This document shows positions 19,047-27,594 of a stretch of 64,000 nt of DNA, piece by piece. Each line of letters starts with the position of its first letter. Position 1 is the first letter of the stretch. The notes beneath the pieces are model-generated. The model saw nothing but the letters and a program-made list of their open reading frames with translations, was not told the DNA's origin and did not search any database. The position numbers and the translations under genes are program-made. This DNA comes from an uncultured Acidobacteriota bacterium (lineage in GTDB: Bacteria; Acidobacteriota; Terriglobia; Acidiferrales; UBA7541): contig CAVXHD010000002.1 in assembly GCA_963761555.1 (NCBI GenBank), forward strand, positions 51,622 to 115,621, written 5' to 3'.

Positions 19047-19619
19047 TCAGGCGACCACTCGCTTCAGCGACTGGGGAGCCACAAGAGAATTAAGAAAAGA
19101 TCCGCGCTCCGTACGTACGGGACAGATCATGGATCGATCTACTTCGAGGGCAACCGACCGACGCAGAAGGGACACAGAAAGTACTAGCCGCTGGCTGCCT
19201 TTGAAATTGATCAAAATTCCCTCTAGCCCTCCCCAAGCGGAGTCTTCTAGCCGAACTTTTTGGCCCACTTCTAGATATGGCCATGGCTCCACCGGTGCCC
19301 CAATCGAGATCGCATTTTGAATGGCCTCGATTTCGGAGTTCTCAACGGGGACAGGAACCCTCCCGGTCCCTACTACAGCCATCACTCCAGGCGTAACTAG
19401 AACGGGTAAACGATTTTGTGCGTCGAAATGGCAAAACACGTAGCCTGGGAAGAGCGGCGCACTGAAATCTTTATGCTTGCCCCTGAGAAGCCTTTTGGCC
19501 CTATACGTCGGGAGAAGAGTCTGATAGCCCTTTCCTGATAGGAGAGTCGAGGTGGAACTCTCCCACCGGGTCCTGACTTGAAGCGCAAACCAGCGTTCGT
19601 GACTGATTTCAGCGTTCAT
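19047..19619 (-). CDS. NusG-paralogue transcription antiterminator (RfaH/UpxY/LoaP-like)
   Basis: 190 aa. NGN-like RWFALQVRTRWE...PLFPGYVFCHFD and KOW-like GQKVRLEDSAWGGLEGILINFKG. It is the first gene of the EPS gene string. Confidence 0.8.
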   Translation of the reverse strand: MNAEISHERWFALQVRTRWESSTSTLLSGKGYQTLLPTYRAKRLLRGKHKDFSAPLFPGYVFCHFDAQNRLPVLVTPGVMAVVGTGRVPVPVENSEIEAIQNAISIGAPVEPWPYLEVGQKVRLEDSAWGGLEGILINFKGSQRLVLSVSLLRRSVALEVDRSMICPVRTERGSFLNSLVAPQSLKRVVA

Positions 19620-19674
19620 CTCTATTTCCGTCTCCCTGGCGGCTTCACGTGATAGGTCAATTTGATCTTGTGCC

Positions 19675-19686
19675 TAGGCTACCGCC
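19675..19686 (-). promoter_or_regulatory. ops-like element (GGCGGTAGCCTA) in the operon leader
   Basis: The minus strand reads aatGGCGGTAGCCTAggc, 56-67 nt upstream of the NusG-paralogue ATG. The 8-nt core is identical to the enterobacterial ops core. The same 8-mer also occurs elsewhere in the window, so a chance match is plausible. Confidence 0.2.
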
Positions 19687-19716
19687 ATTAAGCTGACCGG
19701 CCTGCGCTAGATACAG

Positions 19717-19732
19717 GGCAATCCTCCTGCCA
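19717..19732 (-). promoter_or_regulatory. sigma-54 type -24/-12 promoter candidate for the EPS operon
   Basis: The minus strand reads TGGCAGGAGGATTGCC, with GG-N10-GC spacing as in the consensus TGGCACG-N4-TTGCW. The predicted start is about 87 nt upstream of the NusG-paralogue ATG. Confidence 0.45.
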
Positions 19733-19816
19733 CGAGCATTCACTTGATACGTCGGCGACGCTTTCGGATTGATTCGGTAACTAGCTGAAAATTAAACACT
19801 TACTGGAAAATAGAAA

Positions 19817-19864
19817 ACCGACCTTGGTTCACTTCCTCTAGGGGTGGCACCGACTTTGGTCGGT
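19817..19864. promoter_or_regulatory. possible activator-binding (UAS) repeats
   Basis: ACCGACCTTGGT (19817-19828) and the perfect palindrome ACCGAC-TTTG-GTCGGT (19849-19864) lie 85-130 bp upstream of the -24 element. Confidence 0.2.
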
Positions 19865-20505
19865 ATGTGAAAACCATTTCCTCAGCTTACCTATCATGTT
19901 CCGAAACCAGGCTCGACCTCCATCGGCATGTCTTCTTCTTCGATATGAATAAGGCATTACATTTCATAGACTTACGCGTGAACATCACAGGCATGGCAGG
20001 GAAGGTCCCCTCATCAAATTCAAGTGTTTCAAGTCTGTCTGGGGAGGGAAGTGGCCCCCGGGGAGCTCATATGTGGCGTTAGCACCCGAAGAACCTGGAA
20101 TCAACACGACGAGTAGCCCGCATGGGAGATTCGGTCACCCAGGTGCTTATCTAATGGTCCCGGGGGCAAATTCTGACGTCTAACCAGCCACACGATTGGC
20201 CAGAATTTCGACTTGCATCGAGTCTACATCGCATATCAAATAAAGATGGCGGTCGAGGTACACCACGTAATATTAAAGGGATGTTTCAGCGTCGGGGTGC
20301 CCAGTGAGACGCTCCAGCGAGTGCGATCAGTTGAGGACGTTGGCTACTCCAATTGGCAATGCAGCGCTAGAAAACCCATGGAATCGCTCATGCGGACAAT
20401 GCAATCAAAGAATTAGTCGAACATTCGCTCCGGAAAGGCGGGCTTCTGCCAATTTTAGGGTTAGATAAGCCTGACAACACTTCGAGGGGCATCTCGTCAC
20501 CATGG

Positions 20506-21372
20506 GTGCTCTTTAGCGGATGGATCATATTCACTTCGCTCTTATTCGCACAACAGTTGCTCAGGCTGGTCCGGCTAGCCATGTCCAACCCGGACGCTTC
20601 CCATCTCATCCTGATCCCCTTTCTCGCCGCCGGCTTGTTCTATATCGAGCGGCGCTGCATTTTCCGCACCCTATCAACGAATGTGGGCTTTGGCACTCTG
20701 CTAGTAGCAATTGGAGTTGGACTGGTTGTCGGCACACGGCTGGCTGGCCAAGCCCTGACGCCCGATATTGAACTTACGGGCTATATTTCCGCGCTCGTCT
20801 TGTTTTGGACTGCTGGATTTTCCTTCTTCTTCGGAGGAGCGGCTTTGAAAGCGGCCCATTTCCCTTTGCTCTTTCTTTGGTTAATGGTTCCTCTGCCGGA
20901 CTTTCTCCTGCAGCGAATCATCTATCTGTTGCGGGTTGGCTCGGCCGATATCACGGGGGCTCTTTTTGACCTTCTTGGAGTTCCGGCGCTGAGGGAGGGC
21001 TTCGTTTTTCACCTTGCCCAGGTAAACATAGAAATAGCGAAGGAATGCAGCGGCATTCGGTCAAGCATGGCGCTTTTCGTCTTGGCGTTGCCGGTGGTGC
21101 ATTTCGGGCTGCGTCGTTTTTGGAAAAAAATTCTTTTCCTATTTTTCGCGCTCCTCATGATGATCCTGAAAAATGGCATCCGCATCGTCACCCTGACGGT
21201 GCTGGCGATCTACGTGGACCCGGCATTCCTTCACGGGAGCCTTCACCGCGATGGTGGTGTAGTTTTTTTCCTTTTAGGAATGCTGCTCTTGCTACCCGTT
21301 TATCTCTTATTGCAAGAGCAAACGCCTAAGTTGCCAGAAGCGGAGCTCGCTACCTCCACAAACCCGAGGTAA
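20506..21372 (+). CDS. exosortase (EpsH/Xrt family transpeptidase)
   Basis: 288 aa, GTG start, polytopic hydrophobic protein. Exosortase catalytic contexts IAKECSGIRS (Cys), LKNGIRIVT (Arg) and FLHGSLHRDGG (His). Confidence 0.85.
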   Translation: MLFSGWIIFTSLLFAQQLLRLVRLAMSNPDASHLILIPFLAAGLFYIERRCIFRTLSTNVGFGTLLVAIGVGLVVGTRLAGQALTPDIELTGYISALVLFWTAGFSFFFGGAALKAAHFPLLFLWLMVPLPDFLLQRIIYLLRVGSADITGALFDLLGVPALREGFVFHLAQVNIEIAKECSGIRSSMALFVLALPVVHFGLRRFWKKILFLFFALLMMILKNGIRIVTLTVLAIYVDPAFLHGSLHRDGGVVFFLLGMLLLLPVYLLLQEQTPKLPEAELATSTNPR

Positions 21373-21463
21373 CAAAAGCCAGTATCTGCTTTGGGGTGCC
21401 AAGGACAAACCAATCCTTCATTACTTTGCCGTCAAACTCTCAACATTGCGTGAAAACTTGTTC

Positions 21464-22378
21464 TTACCGGTCCGAATTCGCTCCATAGGAGTTCGCGTAA
21501 TATTGTCCGTACATGGCCTCAGGACCTACCCCGTTTAGCACCACTCCTATCAGATTTTTGCCCTCGAACTCGGCCGCTGCTCTTGAGACAACCTCGAACT
21601 CGCTGATTCCCGCCCTGACCACAAAGAGTGTCCCATCGCAAAAATCCGCTAATAAGCTGGGATCATGCACTGGAATCGCTGGCGGGGAGTCCAGAATCAC
21701 GTAATCAAACACTGGCGTCGCGAGGTCCAGTAGGCGCTTCATTCTCTCGCTCATAAGAAGTTCACTTGGATTTGCGACCTCGCCGCCGCCCGGGATCAAA
21801 CACAGATTTTCATCTGGCCCGCTCTGAATTACGGAGTACTCGTCGGCTTCCCCACGCAGGTATTCCGTCAATCCGGGCTTTCGCGGGGCGCCGAACGCCA
21901 AATGGAGCCGTGACGCCCGCAGATCCGCATCAATCAGGAGTACGCGCCGATCGGGCTGTCGAATAATGGACGAAGCCAGATTCGCGGCGACGAATGTCTT
22001 GCCCTCTGCGGGGACGCTACTGGTCACTAGGATGCGTTTCAACGGGCGCGTGCTGGCAATCTGATGCAATCGTGAACGTAGAGTGCGAAAACTCTCGGCT
22101 CCGCTTTTCTCTTTATCCGTGTCATTAAATATGCTCATGCGCGGGTCGGGTTTCCAACTGGGGTGAGAACAACGTTTAATCAGCTCCTTGAAGAGGAGTT
22201 GATGCTGGGTTTCCAGCCGTCGAACATCGCTCGGCGCAGTCTGTTGAGCCGTGTCGCTGAGTTCTGCAAGCCGAGGCAGATCTCCTTCGACATCCAAGAA
22301 ATCTTGGGCTGAACCGACGGCCCCTCGCGAAGTCTTTTCCTCCGCGGCCTTCTTCAAAGCGTCATGAATCCTGCTCAT
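21464..22378 (-). CDS. BY-kinase (CpsD/CapB/EpsG-like tyrosine autokinase)
   Basis: 304 aa. Walker A VPAEGKTFVAANLA, LLIDADLR, and a C-terminal Tyr cluster MYGQYYANSYG. Confidence 0.85.
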   Translation of the reverse strand: MSRIHDALKKAAEEKTSRGAVGSAQDFLDVEGDLPRLAELSDTAQQTAPSDVRRLETQHQLLFKELIKRCSHPSWKPDPRMSIFNDTDKEKSGAESFRTLRSRLHQIASTRPLKRILVTSSVPAEGKTFVAANLASSIIRQPDRRVLLIDADLRASRLHLAFGAPRKPGLTEYLRGEADEYSVIQSGPDENLCLIPGGGEVANPSELLMSERMKRLLDLATPVFDYVILDSPPAIPVHDPSLLADFCDGTLFVVRAGISEFEVVSRAAAEFEGKNLIGVVLNGVGPEAMYGQYYANSYGANSDR

Positions 22379-22412
22379 GGTCTCCCTTCAGCCCAGGACT
22401 AATCCCCGCGCA

Positions 22413-23966
22413 TCAAGCGCGGGTTCCTAAAGTACCCAAGCTGGGCTGGCCTTTCGATGTGTCCGGTGTCCCGTGCAAAGCAACCTCGAAGAGCGGCACC
22501 GAAGCGAGAACAGGGAGCTTCAGATATGTTTCCACATCACGCTCCGTATGCAAGGACTTGTCACTCACCGCCAGCAAGAAGAGAATCCCTAGGCCAAGCG
22601 CCAAGCCAGCCCCAGCCCCTCCCCCGAGAAACATAGGTTTCTTGGGGAAGGAAGGCGCGTCCGGAAGGCTGGCAGGATCAAGCACACGGAACTGCTCTCC
22701 TTCTTGTTGCTGCTCGAGATTGGTAGACATTGCAGCTTGCTCGCTGCTCTTCAGCAAGCTGTTATAAAAATCGAGAGCGGTCTGATAATTGCGCGTCAAT
22801 TCCTTGTACTGCTGTTCAACGACCGGACTCGACTGCACGCGGCCCTCAAGAACGCGAATCTGGTCCTGAATGTGCGCCTGCTGCTTCGTCAGGTCAGCAA
22901 TATTCAGATCGTCCTGGTGCAGCTTCGCGCGTAATTGCTGGATTTGCGGCGGTTCCACTAAAACCGGACGGTTTGCAGCCTCATTCTTTGGTTGTGGTTC
23001 TGCGGCCATCTGCTTTTTGAGGTCGCTGATGAGGGCTTTCAACTTCACCACGTCTGGATGTTCGTCCGTATACTTCGCGCGAAGCGCAGTCAGCTGATCT
23101 TGTAGCGATGCCAACTGCTGATCAACCGTCTCGGGGTTCTGTCCGGTCTGAGAGGCGTGCCAGTTGGCTTCTTGTTGCGCTAATAGTGTCTGATTGAATG
23201 CCTTATCTTGTTGCGCCCTACTGATTGCTTGGGTAGCCGCCTCAAGTTGGGTATTCATGCCTGTGAGCAGACTTAAATTGGTCTGCTCTTCATCCGGCAG
23301 CGAGCCGAGATAGCGCTGTTTAAACTGCGCGAGTTTAGCATCCTGAGCGTCGAGTTTGGATTTGGCGTCCTCTAGCTGCTGCGTCAAAAAGGTCGTCGCT
23401 TGCTCCCCTTGCTGCACGCCAGCCCTTGCACTCTCCGCCGTGAACATCGAAGTGATCTCGCCGCAGATTTGTTGAGCAAGAAATGCGTTGCCGAAGGTGA
23501 CCTTCACGGTGAATCCAGCGAGTTGGTTTGAAGTTCCCGCCATGGGTTCCATCGGCACCACTTCAATCGAGTTTCTGAGCCGAACCACCAGATCATCGAC
23601 GGAATTGCGAGCGCGTTCCTGCGGATAGAGACCGAACTTTTGAATAACCGGTTCCAAACGCGTACGGCTGAGGATTTGCTCTTGCATTGAAGCTAGACGG
23701 GGACCTATGTTCTCAGGCACCACAGGCTTGACGATGTCAGCCGATACGGCGGGCGGGTCCACGAGCACAACCGTTTGTGAAGTGTATTTCTTCGGCAGAA
23801 CTTTGATCGCCACGACCGCGAGCGCAGTGCAGCCCAGAACGGTAATAGGCAAGACCCACCAGTAACGCTTCAGGACGCGTCTCGCATCCGCCAAACTGAT
23901 TTCGCCGTTTCGAACCATTACGTCCTCACTGCAGCCCCAAGCTGCTCGTTGACTGAGGTAGCTCAC
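22413..23966 (-). CDS. polysaccharide chain-length determinant (Wzz/GumC/EpsF-like)
   Basis: 517 aa. N-terminal TM (WWVLPITVLGCTALAVVAI), a long coiled-coil and a C-terminal TM (GAGLALGLGILFLLAV). The start may be the internal MVRNGE at 23918. Confidence 0.8.
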   Translation of the reverse strand: MSYLSQRAAWGCSEDVMVRNGEISLADARRVLKRYWWVLPITVLGCTALAVVAIKVLPKKYTSQTVVLVDPPAVSADIVKPVVPENIGPRLASMQEQILSRTRLEPVIQKFGLYPQERARNSVDDLVVRLRNSIEVVPMEPMAGTSNQLAGFTVKVTFGNAFLAQQICGEITSMFTAESARAGVQQGEQATTFLTQQLEDAKSKLDAQDAKLAQFKQRYLGSLPDEEQTNLSLLTGMNTQLEAATQAISRAQQDKAFNQTLLAQQEANWHASQTGQNPETVDQQLASLQDQLTALRAKYTDEHPDVVKLKALISDLKKQMAAEPQPKNEAANRPVLVEPPQIQQLRAKLHQDDLNIADLTKQQAHIQDQIRVLEGRVQSSPVVEQQYKELTRNYQTALDFYNSLLKSSEQAAMSTNLEQQQEGEQFRVLDPASLPDAPSFPKKPMFLGGGAGAGLALGLGILFLLAVSDKSLHTERDVETYLKLPVLASVPLFEVALHGTPDTSKGQPSLGTLGTRA

Positions 23967-24368
23967 TCAGTGAAAGTATATCCTCTGGGAACAGAAACCC
24001 GCCCTCGATTACCATACTCTGCACGGTCGGTGCCAGCTTTATGCAACTTGCCGTTGACTTGCCTTATCCGCATGTTGAACACCTGTAAGGAGTTACCGAA
24101 ATTCGGTTAGAAATTTCGTCAGGTGCCCTGGGGGTTTCGCTCAGGAGTCCCCTCAAAGTGGAAGAAATATACCCACTGTGTCCTGTTCTCTCCTCCCACT
24201 TAACCTAGGAACCGGGGCCATCCAAGCTCCTACGCTTGTGCATCTCAACTAGAGACTGAATCTTGCAGCTTACAACAACCATCTATTTTTCAACATTTTA
24301 GACGATGCCATCTCTTAAAGCCACTTGGGCCGAACCTGGATTTGGAATTGCTGCAAACAAACCTAAAT

Positions 24369-24384
24369 TGGCCGTGCTGTTGCA
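24369..24384 (+). promoter_or_regulatory. sigma-54 type -24/-12 promoter candidate upstream of the TPR lipoprotein gene
   Basis: TGGCCGTGCTGTTGCA, i.e. TGGC-N7-TTGCA with correct spacing. It lies only 20 nt before the ATG at 24404. A weaker second match, TGGATTTGGAATTGCT, is at 24337-24352. Confidence 0.4.
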
Positions 24385-24403
24385 AGTATATGAGTCTTAC
24401 AAA

Positions 24404-26694
24404 ATGATGACTCGAACTGCTTCCCGCTTGTTCCTGGTAACACTTGCCATCGGCCTGACAGTTTTCGCCGGTGGTTGCAACCGTGATCCTAATAAACAAA
24501 AGCTGAAGTTCCTCGCTGCGGGAGACCGTGCCTTCCAGCAGGAGAAAATCTCAGAGGCCATTATCGACTACGGGCGTGCTCTGCAGATAGATCCTCACTT
24601 CGCGGAAGCTCACTACAAACTTGCTCAGTGCTTTTTGAAGCAAAGCCTCTGGGGGGAGCCTACCAGGAGCTGTTGCGGACAGTGGACCTGCAACCTGAAA
24701 ATTGGGCTGCACAATTGGATTTGGGTAAGCTGCTCCTGCGGGCTGGCAAAGGTCAGGAGGCAAAGGATCGCGCGCTTCTCATTTTGCGGAGCAATCCACA
24801 AGATGCGGACGCTCAGGTTTTGCTCTCAAGTGCGGATGCGCGGCTCGGAAATCCAATGCAAGCGCTTAAAGAAGCCCAGGATGCAGTTAAAATGGCACCC
24901 AGCCGCTCCGATGTATACCTGTATCTCGGAATCCTGCAAGCACAGCAAGGCGCCTACTCGGAATCGGAGAAAAACCTGCTGAAAGCGCAGGAGCTCGACC
25001 CGAAATCTCCTGGCCCGTTGATGACCCTGGGCGATTTTTACGAACACCAGCGCCGCTGGACAGATGCAGAAAGGCAATTTGAGGCTGCGATACAAGCCGC
25101 TCCTAAAGATCCACTTCCTCGAGCCGCTCTTGCTGGGCTTTACCACAGCCAAGGTAAAGAGGACCTTGCGGAAAAAGTCCTAACAGACGCCAAGGTACAG
25201 CTGAGCACGGATCCCGGCGCTTATCGCCTTTTGGGCGACTACTTCGTGAGTCAAGGTGATACCTCTCGCGCGCTTGCGGAGTTTGCCTCGTTGTCACAAG
25301 AACATCCGAAAGATCTGAATGTTCGCAAATCCTATGTTCAGTTGTTAATCCTCGCCGGACGCATACCAGACGCCTCAAAGGCCGTCGACGAAATCTTGGC
25401 GAACTCGCCGCAGGATCCCGAAGCCCGCATCCTGAAGGGCGAAATCCTTTTGCGCCAGAAAAATAATGTGGAAGCCCTGTCCACCCTACAGCAAGCCGTA
25501 AAGGACGCTCCAGACAATCCCGGCGGCCACTATCAATTGGGTTTGGCTCTCCAGGCCAATGGCAACGAAAGTCAGGCGTTAGACCAATGGAAGAAAGCCG
25601 TACAGTTGCGTCCCACTCTGGCTGAAGCGTGGATCGCGCTTGGCTCCGCTGCGACGCAACGCGGTGACTGGCAGGGACTCGAAGGGGACGGCAATCAGCT
25701 TCAAAAAATCGCGCCTCGATCTCCAGAAGGCTATCTCTTCCACGCTAGCGCGCGCTTCAATCAAGGCGACGCCGCAAGCGCCGAAGCCGATTTGAATCGT
25801 CTGATTCAAATCGCTCCGCAGAGCCCGCTCGGTTATGCAAAATTGGGGCAGCTCCGCGCGGCCCAGAAGCGCTGGAAGGAAGCAGAGAACTACTACCAGG
25901 AGGCATTGAAGCGCACTCCAGATTTTCCTGACGCGATCCAAGGTTTAGCGGAATTGAACATGGAACAAGGCAAACCCGACCAGGCGCTCCTCTTCCTTCA
26001 AACTCAGCTCGACCACAATCCAAATAATGCAGTGCTCTATCTTCTTCAAGGCAAAGCATTGTTGCAGGAGAAAAAGTTCAGCGACGCCGAAAAGGCATTC
26101 TCGCATTGCGCGACATTGGACCAACAAAACCTCGCGGCCTTTGCCCTCCTAGGGCAGGTACAGTTGGCTCTCGGCAAGCCCGCGGATGCGATTTCAAGTT
26201 ACCAGCGAGCGATCGCCATATCGCCCAACAACGTGGTTCTCTACACAGCCCTGGGAGGCGCCTATGAAGCCGATGGAAATTGGCAGCAGGCCGAAGCCAC
26301 GTATCAGAAAGGCGTGGCGATTCAACCCGACAACGCTCTGCTCGCCAACAACCTCGCCTATCTGATGCTGGAGCATGGCGGCAGCGTTAATGTGGCGCTG
26401 ACTCTGGCCCAAACCGCCCGCAAAGGACTCCCCAAGCTTCCCAATACCGCCGACACTCTGGGTTGGGCCTATTATTACAATGGAGCTTTCTCCGTGGCGG
26501 CCCCATTGTTTGAAAATGCAGTCGAGCAAGCCCCTGCAAATTTGGCTTATCGTTATCATCTCGGCCTGGCATATCAGAAATTGAATGAGACCACACAGGC
26601 GCGTGCGCAGTTCGACAAAATTATTGCGCTGAATCCGGCATCTCCTCTGGCGGAGCAAGCACGCCAAGCCCTAAGCCAGATCTCCAGCCAATGA
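24404..26694 (+). pseudogene. PEP-CTERM-system TPR-repeat lipoprotein (PrsT-like), reading frame broken at a G6 tract
   Basis: ORF 24305..24982 supplies MMTRTASRLFLVTLAIGLTVFAGGC (lipobox) and the first TPR. ORF 24628..26694 continues the TPRs in another frame. One extra G in GGGGGG (24651-24656) would give ...FLKQSLWGGAYQELLRTVDLQPENW. Confidence 0.75.
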
Positions 26695-27081
26695 GATTGC
26701 TTCGCCACGGCCATCAACACAACGCCACTTCAATAACGGGGGGCCGCGGATAAATTCGTGTTTTTGTATCTCGGCCGCGAGGCCTCTTTGAACCGGCCGT
26801 GTGCATTATTCATGAGAGGCAACGTGTGAACTATTTTTCGCTGCGCCGAAAAGCTCCCGCGAAGATATTTGCTTCATCCACTTAGTCCTGTTGAGCTGGA
26901 ACTCTCGATATCTTCACTCGACGTTTATCTCCAACCATGTTTATCTTGAAGAGCTTCGCGCACTTGGGGATTTCGTTTGAGACGGCAGCACGATCTCCAA
27001 AGTCGCGAGCTTCCATTTGGCGCGCCTGACCACGGAACACAAGTCAGTTCACGCGGCGCTGAGGTATTTAGGCAAAAACTC

Positions 27082-27573
27082 ATGAATCAGCAAGTCCTAG
27101 ATTGGCGGCGCTTCCTCTATTGGGTCCCTGCGATCCTCCTCGCCATAGTTATCTCTCTCTTTTCCACTCACTATTTCAGCGGTGAAGAGACCGCCAGGGT
27201 CATCATCCCAGCGCTCCATTGGCTGCTCCCCGGCGCCTCACCACACATGCTGCGCCTAATGCATATGGGAATTCGCAAACTGGCCCATGTCACCGAATTT
27301 GGCCTGTTTAGTATTGCCGTTTTCCGTGGAATCCGCGGAGGGCGTTTCGGCTGGCGCTTCAGTTGGGCTCTGGCCACTCTAGCGATTGCGGTTGCCTACG
27401 CTGGGCTGGACGAGTGGCACCAATCCTTCGTGCCGTTGCGGGAAGCTCGGGTACGTGACGTGGCGATTGATGCTTTTGGTGCAGTACTGGCTCAGGTTCT
27501 CGTCTGGTTTTATGCCAAATTCAGAACAAACCGTGCCGCTCCACCCCAGTTTTCGGGAGATACTGCGGACTGA
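27082..27573 (+). CDS. VanZ-like family membrane protein
   Basis: ORF trimmed to the ATG at 27082 (MNQQVLDW). Four hydrophobic segments, plus GLDEWHQSFVPLREARVRDVAIDAFGAVL typical of VanZ-like proteins. Confidence 0.65.
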   Translation: MNQQVLDWRRFLYWVPAILLAIVISLFSTHYFSGEETARVIIPALHWLLPGASPHMLRLMHMGIRKLAHVTEFGLFSIAVFRGIRGGRFGWRFSWALATLAIAVAYAGLDEWHQSFVPLREARVRDVAIDAFGAVLAQVLVWFYAKFRTNRAAPPQFSGDTAD

Positions 27574-27594
27574 TCAGAGCTTCGGCAGCCGAAA

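Noticed and set aside
20354-20368. TGGCAATGCAGCGCT upstream of the exosortase gene, considered as a sigma-54 promoter
   Set aside because: The GG-to-GC spacing is one nucleotide too short and there is no TTGC.
20213-20416. 67-aa ORF in the 890-bp spacer between the NusG paralogue and the exosortase gene
   Set aside because: It has no RBS and no motifs, and it sits in AT-richer promoter-type sequence. It is more likely non-coding regulatory DNA.
27581-27593. Palindrome TTCGGCAGCCGAA between the convergent VanZ-like and lipoprotein genes, considered as a bidirectional terminator
   Set aside because: The stem is only 5-6 bp and there is no flanking T or A tract.
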